Below, piece by piece: positions 30,601 to 47,137 of a stretch of DNA of 64,000 nucleotides. Position 1 is the stretch's first letter, and each line of letters begins with the position of its first letter. The notes below the pieces were generated by a model. It was not told the DNA's origin. It was given only the letters and a program-made list of their open reading frames with translations, and ran no database searches. The stretch covers positions 19,840,001 through 19,904,000 of the forward strand of contig OZ024748.1 of assembly GCA_964016885.1 (NCBI GenBank), in the 5' to 3' direction. The position numbers and the translations under genes are program-made. The DNA is from Eledone cirrhosa. Lineage: Eukaryota.

Positions 30601-33500
30601 ACACTACACTACACTACACTACACTACACTACACTACACTACACTACACTACACTACACCACACTAAACTACACCACACTACACTACACTACACCACACT
30701 ACACTGCACTACACTACACCACACTACACTACACCACACTACACTACACTACACCACACTACACTACACCACACTACACAACACTACACTACACTACACT
30801 ACACTACACTACACTACACTACACCACACTAAACTACACCTCACTACACTACACCACACTACACTGCACTATACTACACTACACTACACTACACCTCACT
30901 ACACTACACCACACACTACACTATATTACATTACACTACACAACACTATACTGCACCACACTACACTACACCACACTACACTACACTACACCACACTACA
31001 CTACACTACACCACACTACACTACACCACACTACACTACACTACACCACATTACACTACACTACACAACACTATACTGCACCACACTACACTACACCACA
31101 CTACACTACACTACACCACACTACACTACACTACACCACACTACACTACACCACACTACACTACACTACACCACATTACACTACACTACACAACACTATA
31201 CTGCACCACACTACACTACACCACACTACACTACACTACACCACACTACACTACACTACACCACACTACACCACACTACACTACACTACACCACACTACA
31301 CTACACTACACCACACTACACTACACTACACCACACTACACTACACTACACCACACTACACTACACTACACTACACCACACTACACTACACTACACCACA
31401 CTACACTACACCACACTACACTACACTACACCACATTACACTACACTACACAACACTATACTGCACCACACTACACTACACCACACTACACTACACTACA
31501 CCACACTACACTACACTACACCACACTACACCACACTACACTACACTACACCACACTACACTACACTACACCACACTACACTACACTACACCACACTACA
31601 CTACACTACACCACACTACACTACACTACACTACACCACACTACACTACACTACACCACACTACACTACACTACACTACACTACACTACACTACACCACA
31701 CTACACTACACTACACTACACCACACTACACTACACCACACTACACTACACCACACTACACTACACTACACTACACTACACTACACTACACCACACTAAA
31801 CTACACCTCACTACACTACACCACACTACACTGCACTACACTACACTACACTACACCACACACTACACTATATTACATTACACTACACAACACTACACTG
31901 CACCACACTACACTACACCACACCACACTACACTACACTACACCAGACTACACTACACTACACTACACTACACCACACTAAACTACACCCCACTACACTA
32001 CACCACACTACACTGCACTACACTACACTACACTACACTACACTACACTACACTACACCACACTAAACTACACCTCACTACACTACACCACACTCTACAC
32101 TATATTACATTACACTACACCACACTACACTGCACCACACTACACTACACCACACTACACTACACTACACCACACTACACTACACTACACTACACTACAC
32201 CACACTAAACTACACCCCACTACACTACACCACACTACACCACACTACACTACACTGCACTACACCACACTACACTACACCACACTACACTACACTACAC
32301 CACACTACACTACACCCCACTACACTACACCACACTACACTGCACTACACTACACTACACTACACTACACTACACCACACTAAACTACACCTCACTACAC
32401 TACACCACACACTACACTATATTACATTACACTACACCACACTACACTGCACCACACTACACTACACCACACTACACTACACTACACTACACTACACCAC
32501 ACTAAACTACACCTCACTACACTACACCACACACTACACTATATTACATTACACTACACAACACTACACTGCACCACACTACACTACACCACACCACACT
32601 ACACTACACTACACCACACTACACTACACTACACTACACTACACCACACTAAACTACACCCCACTACACTACACCACACTACACTGCACTACACTACACT
32701 ACACTACACTACACCACACACTACACTATATTACATTACACCGCACTACACTACACCACACTACACTACACCACACTAAACTACACCTCACTACACTACC
32801 CCACACTACACCACACTACACCACACTACACTACACCACGTCACACTACACTACACCACACTACACTACACCACACCACACTACATTACCTCACACTACA
32901 CTACACTACACTACACACTACACTATATTACATTACACCGCACTACACTACACCTAACTACACTGCACCACACTACACTACACCACATTACACTACACTA
33001 CACCACACTAAACTAAACCTCACTACACTACACCACACTACACTACACCACACTACACTACACTACCCCACACTACACTACACTACACTACACTACACTA
33101 CACTACACTACACCACACTACACTACACTACACTACACAACACTACACCACACTACACCACACTACACTACACTACACTACACTACACTACACTACACTA
33201 CACTACACTACACTACAGCACACTACACCACACTACACCACACTACACCACACTACACTACACCACACTTCAGTACACCACACTACACCACACTATACTA
33301 CACCCCACTACACTACACCACACTACACTACACAACATTACACTACACTACACCACACTACACCACATTGCACTACACTACACCACACTACACTACACCA
33401 CACTACACTACACTACACTACACTGCACCACACTACACTTCACCACACTACACCTACACTACACTACACCACGTCACACTACACTATACTACACTACACC
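27695..33500. repeat. ~5.8 kb pentanucleotide satellite (CACTA/CACCA)n with higher-order variants
   Basis: Recurrent variant blocks CTAAACTACACCTCA, TATATTACATTAC, CTGCACCA. Confidence 0.95.
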
Positions 33501-33516
33501 AGACCTTCACCCACTC

Positions 33517-33583
<67 letters not shown>

Positions 33584-33872
33584 CAAATAACGAAACGAAA
33601 TTAAATTTCGTTTCGTTTGTAACTCACTTTTGTATGACTGACGCTTAAACAATTAAGTTAAAAATGTACATCCACATATGTATACTGAAATACTAGTATG
33701 CATATGAATACACACACGTATACATATGTAGATGTACCGAGTTTTTCACTGGTCACTTTACTGTGAGTGTCCAGCTATTCTGTATGTAAACACACAGACA
33801 AACCGGTTTTTAGAGTCATACTGGTTTTTGAGGAAACACCTTTCCTCTATTCTCCAGAAAGCCAAACAAGGA

Positions 33873-33915
33873 ACATTGAACTAGTTTCGTTGTTGTTACA
33901 ACTCATCAGCAATAT
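33873..33915 (-). ncRNA. Type I minimal hammerhead, family E
   Basis: Mirror of 34517-34559. Confidence 0.85.
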
Positions 33916-34516
33916 TTACCTATCTTCCGGCCTTTCTAGAGAATCGTAAAAGCACATATCGTTATATGCTTTTTCTATGAAAATTAGTAGTGGGCAGACT
34001 AATTTGGATAGAGCGTGAGTACGTACCGGTTCAACGGAGACGATAAAAACAAATAACGAAACGAAAATAAATTTCGTTTCGTTTGTAACTCACTTTTGTA
34101 TGACTGACGCTTAAACAATTAAGTTAAAAATGTACATCCACATATGTATACTGAAATACTAGTATGCATATGAATACACACACGTATACATATGTAGATG
34201 TACCGAGTACATCTACATATGTATACGTGTACATCTACATATGTATACGTGTGTGTATTCATATGCATACTAGTATTTCAGTATACATATGTGGATGTAC
34301 ATTTTTAACTTAATTGTTTAAGCGTCAGTCATACAAAAGTGAGTTACAAACGAAACGAAATTTAATTTCGTTTCGTTATTTGTTTTTATCGTCTCCGTTG
34401 AACCGGTACGTACTCACGCTCTATGCAAATTAGTCTGCCCACTACTAATTTTCATAGAAAAAGCATATAACGATATGTGCTTTTACGATTCTCTAGAAAG
34501 GCCGGAAGATAGGTAA

Positions 34517-34559
34517 ATATTGCTGATGAGTTGTAACAACAACGAAACTAGTTCAATGT
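34517..34559 (+). ncRNA. Type I minimal hammerhead, family E
   Basis: AUAUUG-CUGAUGA-GUUGU-AACA-ACAAC-GAAA-CUAG-UU-CAAUGU. Confidence 0.85.
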
Positions 34560-34790
34560 TCCTTGTTTGGCTTTCTGGAGAATAGAGGAAAGGTGTTTCC
34601 TCAAAAACCAGTATGACTCTAAAAACCGGTTTGTCTGTGTGTTTACATACAGAATAGCTGGACACTCACAGTAAAGTGACCAGTGAAAAACTCGGTACAT
34701 CTACATATGTATACGTGTGTGTATTCATATGCATACTAGTATTTCAGTATACATATGTGGATGTACATTTTTAACTTAATTATATATATA

Positions 34791-34836
<46 letters not shown>

Positions 34837-34845
34837 TATAGATAT

Positions 34846-34949
<104 letters not shown>

Positions 34950-35225
34950 TAAAACATGTCTACAGAATCACCAGATAAAATATATACCGTTTCCTTTCCC
35001 AATTAGCCTAATTAACCATATAAAAAATCAATTAGACCAAGCTATAAGAATAAAGGCTCCAATGAAGAAATCTCCGACAAATAACCGAAAGCAGCCCTTC
35101 GCGGCGGTTGCGACGGAGTATTTATCGAGTATTTCGACAGCATGTATAAATCGACCAGATATACAGTCAACTAAACAGAATTAGGTGTAAAATAAACTAC
35201 AAGAAAAGTACACATATTTAGTTAC

Positions 35226-35299
35226 CTCTACCATGGTTTCGTCCGCATTTTAAGATATCCGATAACATTGGAAATCTAGAGCTTCGGATTCTTCATGAG
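35226..35299 (-). ncRNA. Degenerate hammerhead, family I (element 34947-35330; related tail 25698-25975)
   Basis: CUC-AUGAAGA-AUCCG...CGGAC-GAAA-CCAUGG-UA-GAG; C3A change. Confidence 0.5.
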
Positions 35300-35340
35300 T
35301 TAGCTCAAATTTAGACAATTAATTTAGACAATATATATAT

Positions 35341-35422
35341 ATAAGTATGTATACGTACATACGTATATGTATACAGACGTACAGTAGTATGTATATATAT
35401 ATATATACATACATGCACGCAT

Positions 35423-35466
<44 letters not shown>

Positions 35467-35851
35467 GTATGGATTCACCGAACATTTATTATAATGCTCG
35501 GTGTGTTTGTAAACAAACATCCCGAATTAAGCCGTACAGTGTTTAGGAACCATCGTTGCTCATTTATTCAACACTGACAAAGGAACGCTGTACTAGTTTC
35601 AAGCTTACTAGCTATCGTCAGCAACGTTTACCTTCCTGCCAGATGGTTGAACGTCTGAAAGTATATACTTTCCTTATGCATATTAACGGCTGAGCAGCCT
35701 AATTTGCATATCGAGTGAGTTAATCGGCCGAGGTACCGAAAACGATAAACGGAAAAAATGAAACGAAATTTCATTTCTCACTCTTAGTACGGCTGTTACT
35801 TAAATATAAGTATGTATACGTACATACACATATGTATACAGACGTACAGTA

Positions 35852-35855
<4 letters not shown>
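35341..35855 (-). mobile_element. Family N (E-related): ~465 bp unit with terminal direct repeat; inverted arm at 36333-36440
   Basis: 35341-35390 repeats at 35806-35855; homologue at 60885-61270. Confidence 0.75.
35585..35627 (-). ncRNA. Type I minimal hammerhead, family N (U10.U11)
   Basis: ACGUUG-CUGACGA-UAGCU-AGUA-AGCUU-GAAA-CUAG-UA-CAGCGU. Confidence 0.8.
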
Positions 35856-35880
<25 letters not shown>

Positions 35881-35882
<2 letters not shown>

Positions 35883-36281
35883 TAATTTAATATATCTACT
35901 AACATAAGCGCACAGATGTACGCTAATGCCAGCAAATACACAGGTTATGTCATAGTACCTAGGTGGTTCAATGCAGGAGGATGCAGAACAATAATATAAA
36001 AGACGTAAAATAAGAAAATTTAAAAAAAAGGTTTTTAAAAAAAATTTTAACTTACTTACTTAAATTTTCACTCCAACTAATTAGTTTCTGCAATGGGATA
36101 AAGACAGTTACGTAATCCAACTGTCGAGAATTCATTGCGTCATCAGGGAGTCTATTCTCGACAGTTGGATTACGTAACTGTCTTTATCCCATTGCAGAAA
36201 CTAATTAGTTGGAGTGAAAATTTAAGTAAGTAAGTTAAAATTTTTTTTAAAAACTTTTTTTAAATATTTTCTTATTTTACG

Positions 36282-36290
<9 letters not shown>
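35881..36290. repeat. Family M fold-back with turning point at the HHR 5' edge
   Basis: 35996-36131 vs 36154-36290 inverted; left arm ~115 bp longer. Confidence 0.85.
36070..36151 (-). ncRNA. Type I hammerhead, family M
   Basis: ACUCC-CUGAUGA-C.GCAAUG..(GACAGUU/AACUGUC)..CAUUGC.A-GAAA-CUAAUUAG-UU-GGAGU. Confidence 0.8.
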
Positions 36291-36334
<44 letters not shown>

Positions 36335-36711
36335 CTACTGTACGTCTGTATACATATATGTATGTACGTATACATGCTTATATTTAAGTAACAGCCGTAC
36401 TAAGAGTGAGAAATGAAATTTCGTTTCATTTTTTCCGTATATATATAATCCTATATATATATCCCTACATTTTTCTCCATCTTGTCTTCCATCTCCGGCT
36501 ATTGTTCCTCTTCCCAGACACACCTCCATTTTCTCTTCAATCCACCTCATTATACATAAGTCCTGTTCCGCTGTACACTGACGAACAAACGCTCGGCTGG
36601 ATTACCAAATAAACCACACTCCCTAATATTATGTAACCAAAACTAGATTTCGCTACCAACACATACACACACACACACACACACAGAGACACACACACAC
36701 ACACACACAGA

Positions 36712-36763
<52 letters not shown>

Positions 36764-36897
36764 TCACACACACATACAGACATTATATATATAAATATCA
36801 AACGTGTGCAGCAAGATTGATACATACAAAATACTCAGACATAGGTACATACATACATATATATACACCATATATACATATATATATATACACTACA

Positions 36898-36961
<64 letters not shown>

Positions 36962-36965
<4 letters not shown>

Positions 36966-37757
36966 GAAAATAGAGAAATTAATGTGAGCAAGAAGCCAAC
37001 AGTATTTCATAATATATAAGTGACTATAACGTCAAAATGGAAAATATTTAACGTAATATATGGGAAAATAATTCAAACTCAATTAAAAAAAAATGAAGAC
37101 AGATAGATTTTGTGATATCCAAGGAAAAACTAATAGAGTCTTAACGCAGAATAAAATAAAGTTTAAATACTCATCCTTCAATTTGGAAAACTACAAATGC
37201 TCTATATAGTCTTAAAAAGACTATTTCACGAAACTTTTCAGTGGGATTAGTCACGGTTGGAGTCGTTCATCAGTAGAGCTCAACACGATAACCTTAAAGC
37301 CACTGCCAAAATATGCCAGAAAGGGAATTTAAAAGCAGGCTAGTTCACCTCGTGCGGAATTATGAAAATAAACATACATGGAGAAACATGGCTGGTGACG
37401 TCAGAATGAGACGAATGCCTGTTTACAAGAAACACCAGTCAAAAACATTCCGAAAAAACTCTTCAAAATGTAAGGAGTTCAGCAAAATTGTGGTGTTTTT
37501 TTTTAAGCAAAATTGCGGTTTTTTTTTTTTAAAGACCGTCATTAGTCACAAATAATTTTAAGCACTCTAGGAAGAATTTCGAGTATAAATATAAATGAAA
37601 ATAGAGAAATTAATGTGAGCAAGAAGCTAACAGTATTTCATAATATATAAGTGACTATAACGTCAAAATGGAAAATAATTAACTTAAGATATGGGAAAAT
37701 AATTCAAGCTGAATTAAAAAAAAATCAAGACAGAGATTTTATCCACAGATTTTGTGG
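36962..37757 (-). mobile_element. Family J: ~631 bp non-coding unit with ~155 bp terminal direct repeat
   Basis: 36962-37115 repeats at 37593-37757; (TA)n flanks; contains an HHR. Confidence 0.7.
37199..37279 (-). ncRNA. Type I hammerhead with full stem III, family J
   Basis: GCUCUA-CUGAUGA-ACGA...UCGU-GAAA-UAGUCUU-UUU-AAGACUA-UA-UAGAGC. Confidence 0.9.
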
Positions 37758-37797
37758 ATAAATGTATATATATAATATATATATTTGTGGATATATA

Positions 37798-37852
<55 letters not shown>

Positions 37853-37874
37853 GTATATATATATATATATGTAC

Positions 37875-37906
<32 letters not shown>

Positions 37907-38179
37907 ATATATATATATACATATATATATATACATATATATATATATACCTATATATATTTATGTAATATATGTACATATATATATATGTAATATATAT
38001 ATGTACATATATATATGTATACATATATATACATATATATATATGTATATACAGTATATATATATATGTACATATATGTATGTATATATATATATATATG
38101 TACGTATATATATGTATATATATGTATATGATGTATATACATATATATATGTACATATATATATATGTATATATATATG

Positions 38180-38211
<32 letters not shown>

Positions 38212-38213
38212 TG

Positions 38214-38245
<32 letters not shown>

Positions 38246-38304
38246 TGTGTATATTTTTATTTATATGTATATATAATTATGTATATATATAATTATGTGT
38301 GTGT

Positions 38305-38342
<38 letters not shown>

Positions 38343-38419
38343 GGAACGATCGACTTTCGTCAAATCGGACCGAGGAAACAATGTTTCCGTTGGTCTTTCC
38401 AATTGCTAATACTATCTAT

Positions 38420-38559
38420 CGGTCGCAACTCCAGGTAGAAGGAGCAACGTGAAATAAAGTGTCTTGCTCAAGGACATAACGCATCGCCTGGTACAGGAAT
38501 CGAACTCACAACCTTACGATTGCGAATCCAATTCTCTAACCACTCAGCCACACGCCTTC
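38420..38559 (-). mobile_element. tRNA-derived SINE with CORE-like domain
   Basis: A-box TGGCTGAGTGG, B-box GTTCGATTCC, then GTCCTTGAGCAAGACACTT. Confidence 0.75.
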
Positions 38560-38586
38560 ACTATGTGTATATATATATATATGTAC

Positions 38587-38617
<31 letters not shown>

Positions 38618-39026
38618 CACATATATATATATATATGTACATATTTATATATATGTACACACACACACATACACACTCACATACTCACAATCACATACAC
38701 ACACTCACATACACACACATATAATGCATGTGCGTCGATGAGTGAATGCCTATAAATAATAAACTTAATCTAAAGGATGCACTCATCTTAATACGTATGA
38801 GAGAGAGAGGGAGAGTAAGAAGGAGTTAAAGAGAGAGGTAGTGGGAGAGAAAGAGGTGGAGAAAGAGAGTATGTGTGGGGAAGGGGAGAAGTAAGGAGTA
38901 GAAGGAAGTAGTTACATCCCAAAATCTATTATTAAATGTAAAAACCATCTACATCCTCAATAATACTCAAATCCTATATACATATACACACACACACACA
39001 CATATGTATAAATATATACATGCATA

Positions 39027-39099
<73 letters not shown>

Positions 39100-39117
39100 T
39101 TCTGTGTGTTCATGTCT

Positions 39118-39163
<46 letters not shown>

Positions 39164-39216
39164 ATGTCTATGTATATATATATATATATATATATGGATT
39201 TGTGTGTGTTCATGTC

Positions 39217-39263
<47 letters not shown>

Positions 39264-39606
39264 ATGTCTATGTATATATATATATATACATAGACATACA
39301 CACACATTATGGCCCACCTGGTTCCTTACCAGATTTCCTTCGTTATATATATATATATATATATTCATATATATATATGTGTGTGTGTGCATATATATAT
39401 ATATATTCATATATATATATATGTGTGTGTGTGTATATATATACATATATATATATAATTTATATTTGGAATTTATATTTGTAATTTATATTTATATATA
39501 TATATACACACACACACACTTATATGTATATATATATATATATACACATATATGTATATATATATATGTATATATCTATGAATATATATATATGCACACA
39601 TATATA

Positions 39607-39691
<85 letters not shown>

Positions 39692-39712
39692 ATATAAATT
39701 CCAAATATAAAT

Positions 39713-39824
<112 letters not shown>

Positions 39825-39883
39825 TTTTATATATGCAGAAACAATATATTAATAAATGGAAACTATATTTATAAAACCATATT

Positions 39884-39949
39884 TATTTTATTATATATAT
39901 TTCAAGGACAACCAAAGCAAATTATGGTGCGCTTTCATCAGATAAAATA
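39884..39949 (-). ncRNA. Type I minimal hammerhead, family A variant
   Basis: UAUUUUAU-CUGAUGA-AAG..ACCA...UGGU..CUU-GAAA-UAUAUA-UA-AUAAAAUA. Confidence 0.75.
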
Positions 39950-40089
39950 CAGATTTGTTTTATAAATAAAGATTGACGGTTGGAGCTTCCTGAATAAGCT
40001 TGTTGAATCCCAACAAATTAACTATAACCTCATTGTTATATATATATATGTATAACCTCATTGTTATATATATATATGTATATATAGAT

Positions 40090-40618
40090 TTTGAGTTTAT
40101 GTTGGTTGTATACCAACACGTCAGTATGCAGGCTGGAGCACTCGACGAAGTGCGCAGGTTGGTTTGGTTACTCCGGAGTAGTGTAAAATAAAGTTAAATA
40201 AAAGTCAAATGATTAAAATTTAGCTTCGTTTATTACTGCTATATATATTTCAGTGACAGCCATCTTTGGCTGTGACCTCTTCAGGCAGTTTGAATTAGTA
40301 TGGTATAGACAAGTACATATGTTGTTTAGGTGTATGATATTGTCAATACTCTGATATGCCCAGTTCCTTGTTGGGTTGTTAATTCTCTGGGGAACTGGAG
40401 TCGACTCCAGTTCCCCAGTGAATTAACAACCCAACAAGGAACTGGGCATATCAGAGTATTGACAATATCCTACACCTAAACAACATATGTACTTGTCTAT
40501 ACCATACTAATTCAAACTGCCTGAAGAGGTCACAGCCAAAGATGGCTGTCACTGAAATATATATAGCAGTAATAAACGAAGCTAAATTTTAATAATTTGA
40601 CTTTTATTTAACTTTATA
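40090..40618. repeat. Family D fold-back (copy 2), HHRs at 40235-40289 (-) and 40516-40570 (+)
   Basis: Centre GGAACTGGAGTC|GACTCCAGTTCC; left arm ~95 bp longer. Confidence 0.9.
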
Positions 40619-41079
40619 TATGTATATATATATATATGTATATATATATATAACAATGAGATATAATATAATTAATTATGTACCATCCATATGGAACAAG
40701 ATCTTTCTCGTGAACACCGATAAGACAGAATGGTTAACAACTTTGTAATCTTGAGTTACCATGTTTGTGTTGGCTGGCTGTATGGTATATTTTGTATGCA
40801 GCCTTGTGTCCATTAAACTCTTGTTAGTAACATTGTGTAGAGAAAGACTATGCGGATGCCCGTAAGATAGACTCTACCTGTCATTCAAAGATAGATATTC
40901 CCTTTTTCTCTCAGTGTGTCACAGAAATCCCAACTGTGGATTACTTTAAGGGTGCCCAGTACCTCAGGAATACTCAACCTTTTATATTGTAAAGCTACAA
41001 ACTGTCTGGTCTTTTCACCATGATGCTGAATCTCCCTGAGAACTATGTGTACATATTAGCATTGGTGCTCCTCTATATG

Positions 41080-41123
<44 letters not shown>

Positions 41124-41127
<4 letters not shown>

Positions 41128-41522
41128 AAAGTTCTATTTAAAATTGTTGGGATACAAAAAGTAAATATTTTTATAACTGGTATAAAGCACTCGACAAATT
41201 TTTGGAGTAGATATACGATATTAATAAATGGAAACTATATTTATAAAACCATATTTATTTCATTATGCATATTTCAGGGATACCACATTAAATTATGGTA
41301 TGCCTTCATCAGACAAAATACAATATATAACAGTTTTACAAATAGGTTTGACGTAACCTTTAAAATGGTTGTATTTTAAAGGGTACGTCAAACCTATTTG
41401 TAAAACTGTTATATATTGTATTTTGTCTGATGAAGGCATACCATAATTTAATGTGGAATCCCTGAAATATGTATAATGAAATAAATATGGTTTTATAAAT
41501 ATAGTTTCCATTTATTAATATC

Positions 41523-41526
<4 letters not shown>
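41124..41526. repeat. Family A fold-back, HHRs at 41256-41320 (-) and 41419-41483 (+)
   Basis: Arms ~150 bp, centre ~41369; left arm ~90 bp longer. Confidence 0.9.
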
Positions 41527-41562
<36 letters not shown>

Positions 41563-41654
41563 CTCAATTCATATACATATTTATGCAATATCTATTGATA
41601 TTTCCTAATTTCAGACACGTTGCAATCTAGCATAGACAAGGCGCTTGAGAGAGC

Positions 41655-41798
41655 CTACACACAGAGACTGACAAATGCATACATATATACATATATATAT
41701 ACATATATACATACATATATACATACATATATATATATATATATATACATACACACATACATATATACATACATAGATATATACATATACACATACAT

Positions 41799-41845
<47 letters not shown>

Positions 41846-41930
41846 CACAGATACACATAAACATACATATTTACATACATACATATATACATACATACAT
41901 ACATACATATATACATATATGCATGCGTAC

Positions 41931-41966
<36 letters not shown>

Positions 41967-42623
41967 TTTTATGCATATATACATACATGCATACATGCAT
42001 ACATATATATATACATATATTCATATATATACATACACACATATGTACTTAAACACATTTACAAACAAACATACATACATACATCCATATATACATACAT
42101 ACGTATATACATACACATACACACACATACATATATACATATATGCAAACATACATCACACAAACATACAAACATACATACATACATGCATATAAATACC
42201 ATACATACGTATATATATATACACACGCACACACATACATACATATATACAAACATGCAAACATACATCACACAAACATACAAACATACATATATGCATA
42301 TATAACATACATACGTATATACATACACACGCACATACATACATACATATATACATACATACAAACATACATCACACAAACATACAAACATACATACATA
42401 CATGCATATATATACCATACATACGTATATATATACACACGCACACACATACATATATACATACATGCAAACATACATCACACAAACATACAAACATACA
42501 TACATACATGCATATATATACCATACATACGTATATATATACACACGCACATACATACATATATACATACATGCAAACATACATCACACAAACATGCATT
42601 CATACATACATACATGCATATAT

Positions 42624-42630
<7 letters not shown>
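41655..42630. repeat. (TACA/CA) complex satellite with ~106 bp higher-order unit
   Basis: Repeated GCAAACATACATCACACAAACATACAAAC. Confidence 0.8.
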
Positions 42631-42685
<55 letters not shown>

Positions 42686-43348
42686 TGGCTGCCAATTCGT
42701 TTTCGAGTACGGCCACTACTTTATATCCATGTAGGAGAACTCCTACCGATGCGCTGAACGAGTGTGACATTTTAGTCCAGCCAGCGACTTGAAAACTCTG
42801 GTACAAACACTACACTTGTGACAATTATTGTCACATAGTGCTGGGCCCATGGCACCATGTGACGACAAGTGCAGAGAGATCTCCAGATATAAAGCAATGT
42901 CTGTGCCGTGAAGCTTTTATAGAGAGCAAAGGCTCTGCACAAAGCCAGTCCCACTCTCTTAACCAAGATGATATTTACCAAAAAGAAGAACAAGTGAACA
43001 TCATTTGATACCATCAGGGTTGCAGGTGTTATATCAGAGTTTTCCTTCCCCTAGGATTCTGCCTTGACAAAGGCTAAGGGGTCATCTCTCCTGGTGATTT
43101 TGGATGGCCATTGACTCTTAAGAGCTCCTTTGCACTTTGACAGGTTTTGTTTTTAGTCCTGCAGGATGTCCAAAGTCACCCTCCTCACCAAGAAACCTTG
43201 GTGGGGTTGCCAGTTTAGTCGCCAACGACCCGACCATGAGACAGGTTGTACTGGGATACATGTTACCAGTAGCACCAACTGGTGACCTCATATACATACA
43301 TACATACATACATACATACATACATACATACATACATACATACATACA

Positions 43349-43384
<36 letters not shown>

Positions 43385-43487
43385 CATATATATTCTTTGC
43401 CAGCGAACGTTTCCACGAACCAGAGTATCGTCTTCCTGTCTTCCTCCGGTTGCAAGGTTTTTTGAAATATCCAGTTCTGCGTTTACA

Positions 43488-44068
43488 GATTGACTTTGTT
43501 AGTTTCAGAAGATCCCGTTAAGGGTGAAAGCAGCGATTCTTTGCTTAAACTTTAATCTGTTATTTTAATAAATATTCATATATATATATACGATATTAAA
43601 TAAATGGAAACTATATTTATAAAACCATATTTATTTCATTATATATATTTCAGGGATATCATATTAACAATATGCTATGCCTTCCTCAGACAAAATACAA
43701 TATAGACAGTTTTATAGATAAATAGATTTGACATACCGTTCAACATCGACTTGTATTTGAAAAGTTGATTTGGCAGATTTGCCAAATCAACTTTTCAAAT
43801 ACAAGTCGATGTTGAACGGTATGTCAAATCTATTTATCTATAAAACTGTCTATATTGTATTTTGTCTGAGGAAGGCATAGCATATTGTTAATATGATATC
43901 CCTGAAATATATATAATGAAATAAATATGGTTTTATAAATATAGTTTCCATTTATTTAATATCGTATATATATATATGAATATTTATTAAAATAACAGAT
44001 TAAAGTTTAAGCAAAGAATCGCTGCTTTCACCCTTAACGGGATCTTCTGAAACTAACAAAGTCAATCT
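43488..44068. repeat. Composite palindrome: family C HHR + (TA)n + family A HHR in each arm
   Basis: HHRs 43501-43551 (+), 43632-43697 (-), 43858-43923 (+), 44004-44054 (-); centre TTGGCAGATTTGCCAA. Confidence 0.9.
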
Positions 44069-45105
<1,037 letters not shown>

Positions 45106-45252
45106 CATTAAATAAACACGTCACATATACCACACTGCATATATAACATACAAATCATATACATCATATATACATCACACGCATGCACACTGTAACTGTA
45201 CATGTAGGAAGCGCACACATACATACATACACAGACGCACACAGACACACAC

Positions 45253-45293
<41 letters not shown>

Positions 45294-45299
45294 TACGGT

Positions 45300-45384
45300 A
45301 ACCACACATAAACACACACTATAGTTGCAGACACATTGAATAAACACTACACATGCACAGTATATATGCAGCACATACATACAT

Positions 45385-45421
<37 letters not shown>

Positions 45422-45600
45422 CACACACACTATAGTTGCAGACACATTGAATAAACACTACACATGCACAGTATATATGCAACACATACATACATACACA
45501 CACACATACATATATATATATATACACACACACACTATAGATGCAGACACATTGAATAAAAAGTACGCATGCACAGTATATATGCAGCAGATACATACAT

Positions 45601-45668
<68 letters not shown>

Positions 45669-45937
45669 TATAGATGCAGACACATTGAATAAAAACTACG
45701 CATGCACAGTATATATGCAGCACATACATACATACACACACACATACATATATATACATATACACACACACTATAGATGCAGACACATTGAATAAAAACT
45801 ACACATGCACAGTATATATGCAGCACATACATACATACACACACACATACATATATATATATATACACACACACACTATAGATGCAGACACATTGAATAA
45901 ACACTACACATGCACAGTATATATGCAGCACATACAT

Positions 45938-45968
<31 letters not shown>

Positions 45969-46149
45969 CACACACACACTATAGTTGCAGACACATTGAA
46001 TAAACACTACACATGCACAGTATATATGCAACACATACATACATACACACACACATACATATATATATATATACACACACACACTATAGATGCAGACACA
46101 TTGAATAAAAACTACGCATGCACAGTATATATGCAGCAGATACATACAT

Positions 46150-46230
<81 letters not shown>

Positions 46231-46292
46231 AGATGCAGACACATTGAATAAAAACTACGCATGCACAGTATATATGCAGCAGATACATACAT

Positions 46293-46342
<50 letters not shown>

Positions 46343-46412
46343 TATAGTTGCAGACACATTGAATAAACACTACACATGCACAGTATATATGCAGCAGATA
46401 CATACATACACA

Positions 46413-46445
<33 letters not shown>

Positions 46446-46521
46446 TCACCACACATAAACACACACTATAGATGCAGACACATTGAATAAACACTACACA
46501 TGCACAGTATATATGCAGCAG

Positions 46522-46608
<87 letters not shown>

Positions 46609-46687
46609 TACGGTAACTACACATAAACACACACTATAGATACAGACACATTGAATAAATACTACACATGCACAGTATATATGCAGC

Positions 46688-46782
<95 letters not shown>

Positions 46783-46844
46783 AGTTGCAGACACATTGAA
46801 TAAACACTACACATGCACAGTATATATGCAACACATACATACAT

Positions 46845-46875
<31 letters not shown>

Positions 46876-46949
46876 CACACACACTATAGATGCAGACACA
46901 TTGAATAAAAACTACGCATGCACAGTATATATGCAGCAGATACATACAT

Positions 46950-47012
<63 letters not shown>

Positions 47013-47076
47013 AGATGCAGACACATTGAATAAAAACTACACATGCACAGTATATATGCAGCACATACATACACAG

Positions 47077-47137
<61 letters not shown>

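Larger units (their letters stand above)
33578..34781. mobile_element. Family E: ~466 bp non-coding unit with terminal direct repeat, mirrored into a 1.2 kb palindrome (retrozyme/pLTR-like)
   Basis: 33581-33740 repeats at 34047-34208; 34229-34781 is the reverse complement of 33650-34203. Confidence 0.8.

Noticed and set aside
38480-38559. tRNA gene
   Set aside because: A/B boxes run into a SINE core; no complete acceptor stem
42683-43290. Possible LINE 5' UTR or host exon
   Set aside because: GC-richer island, but no motif I can support
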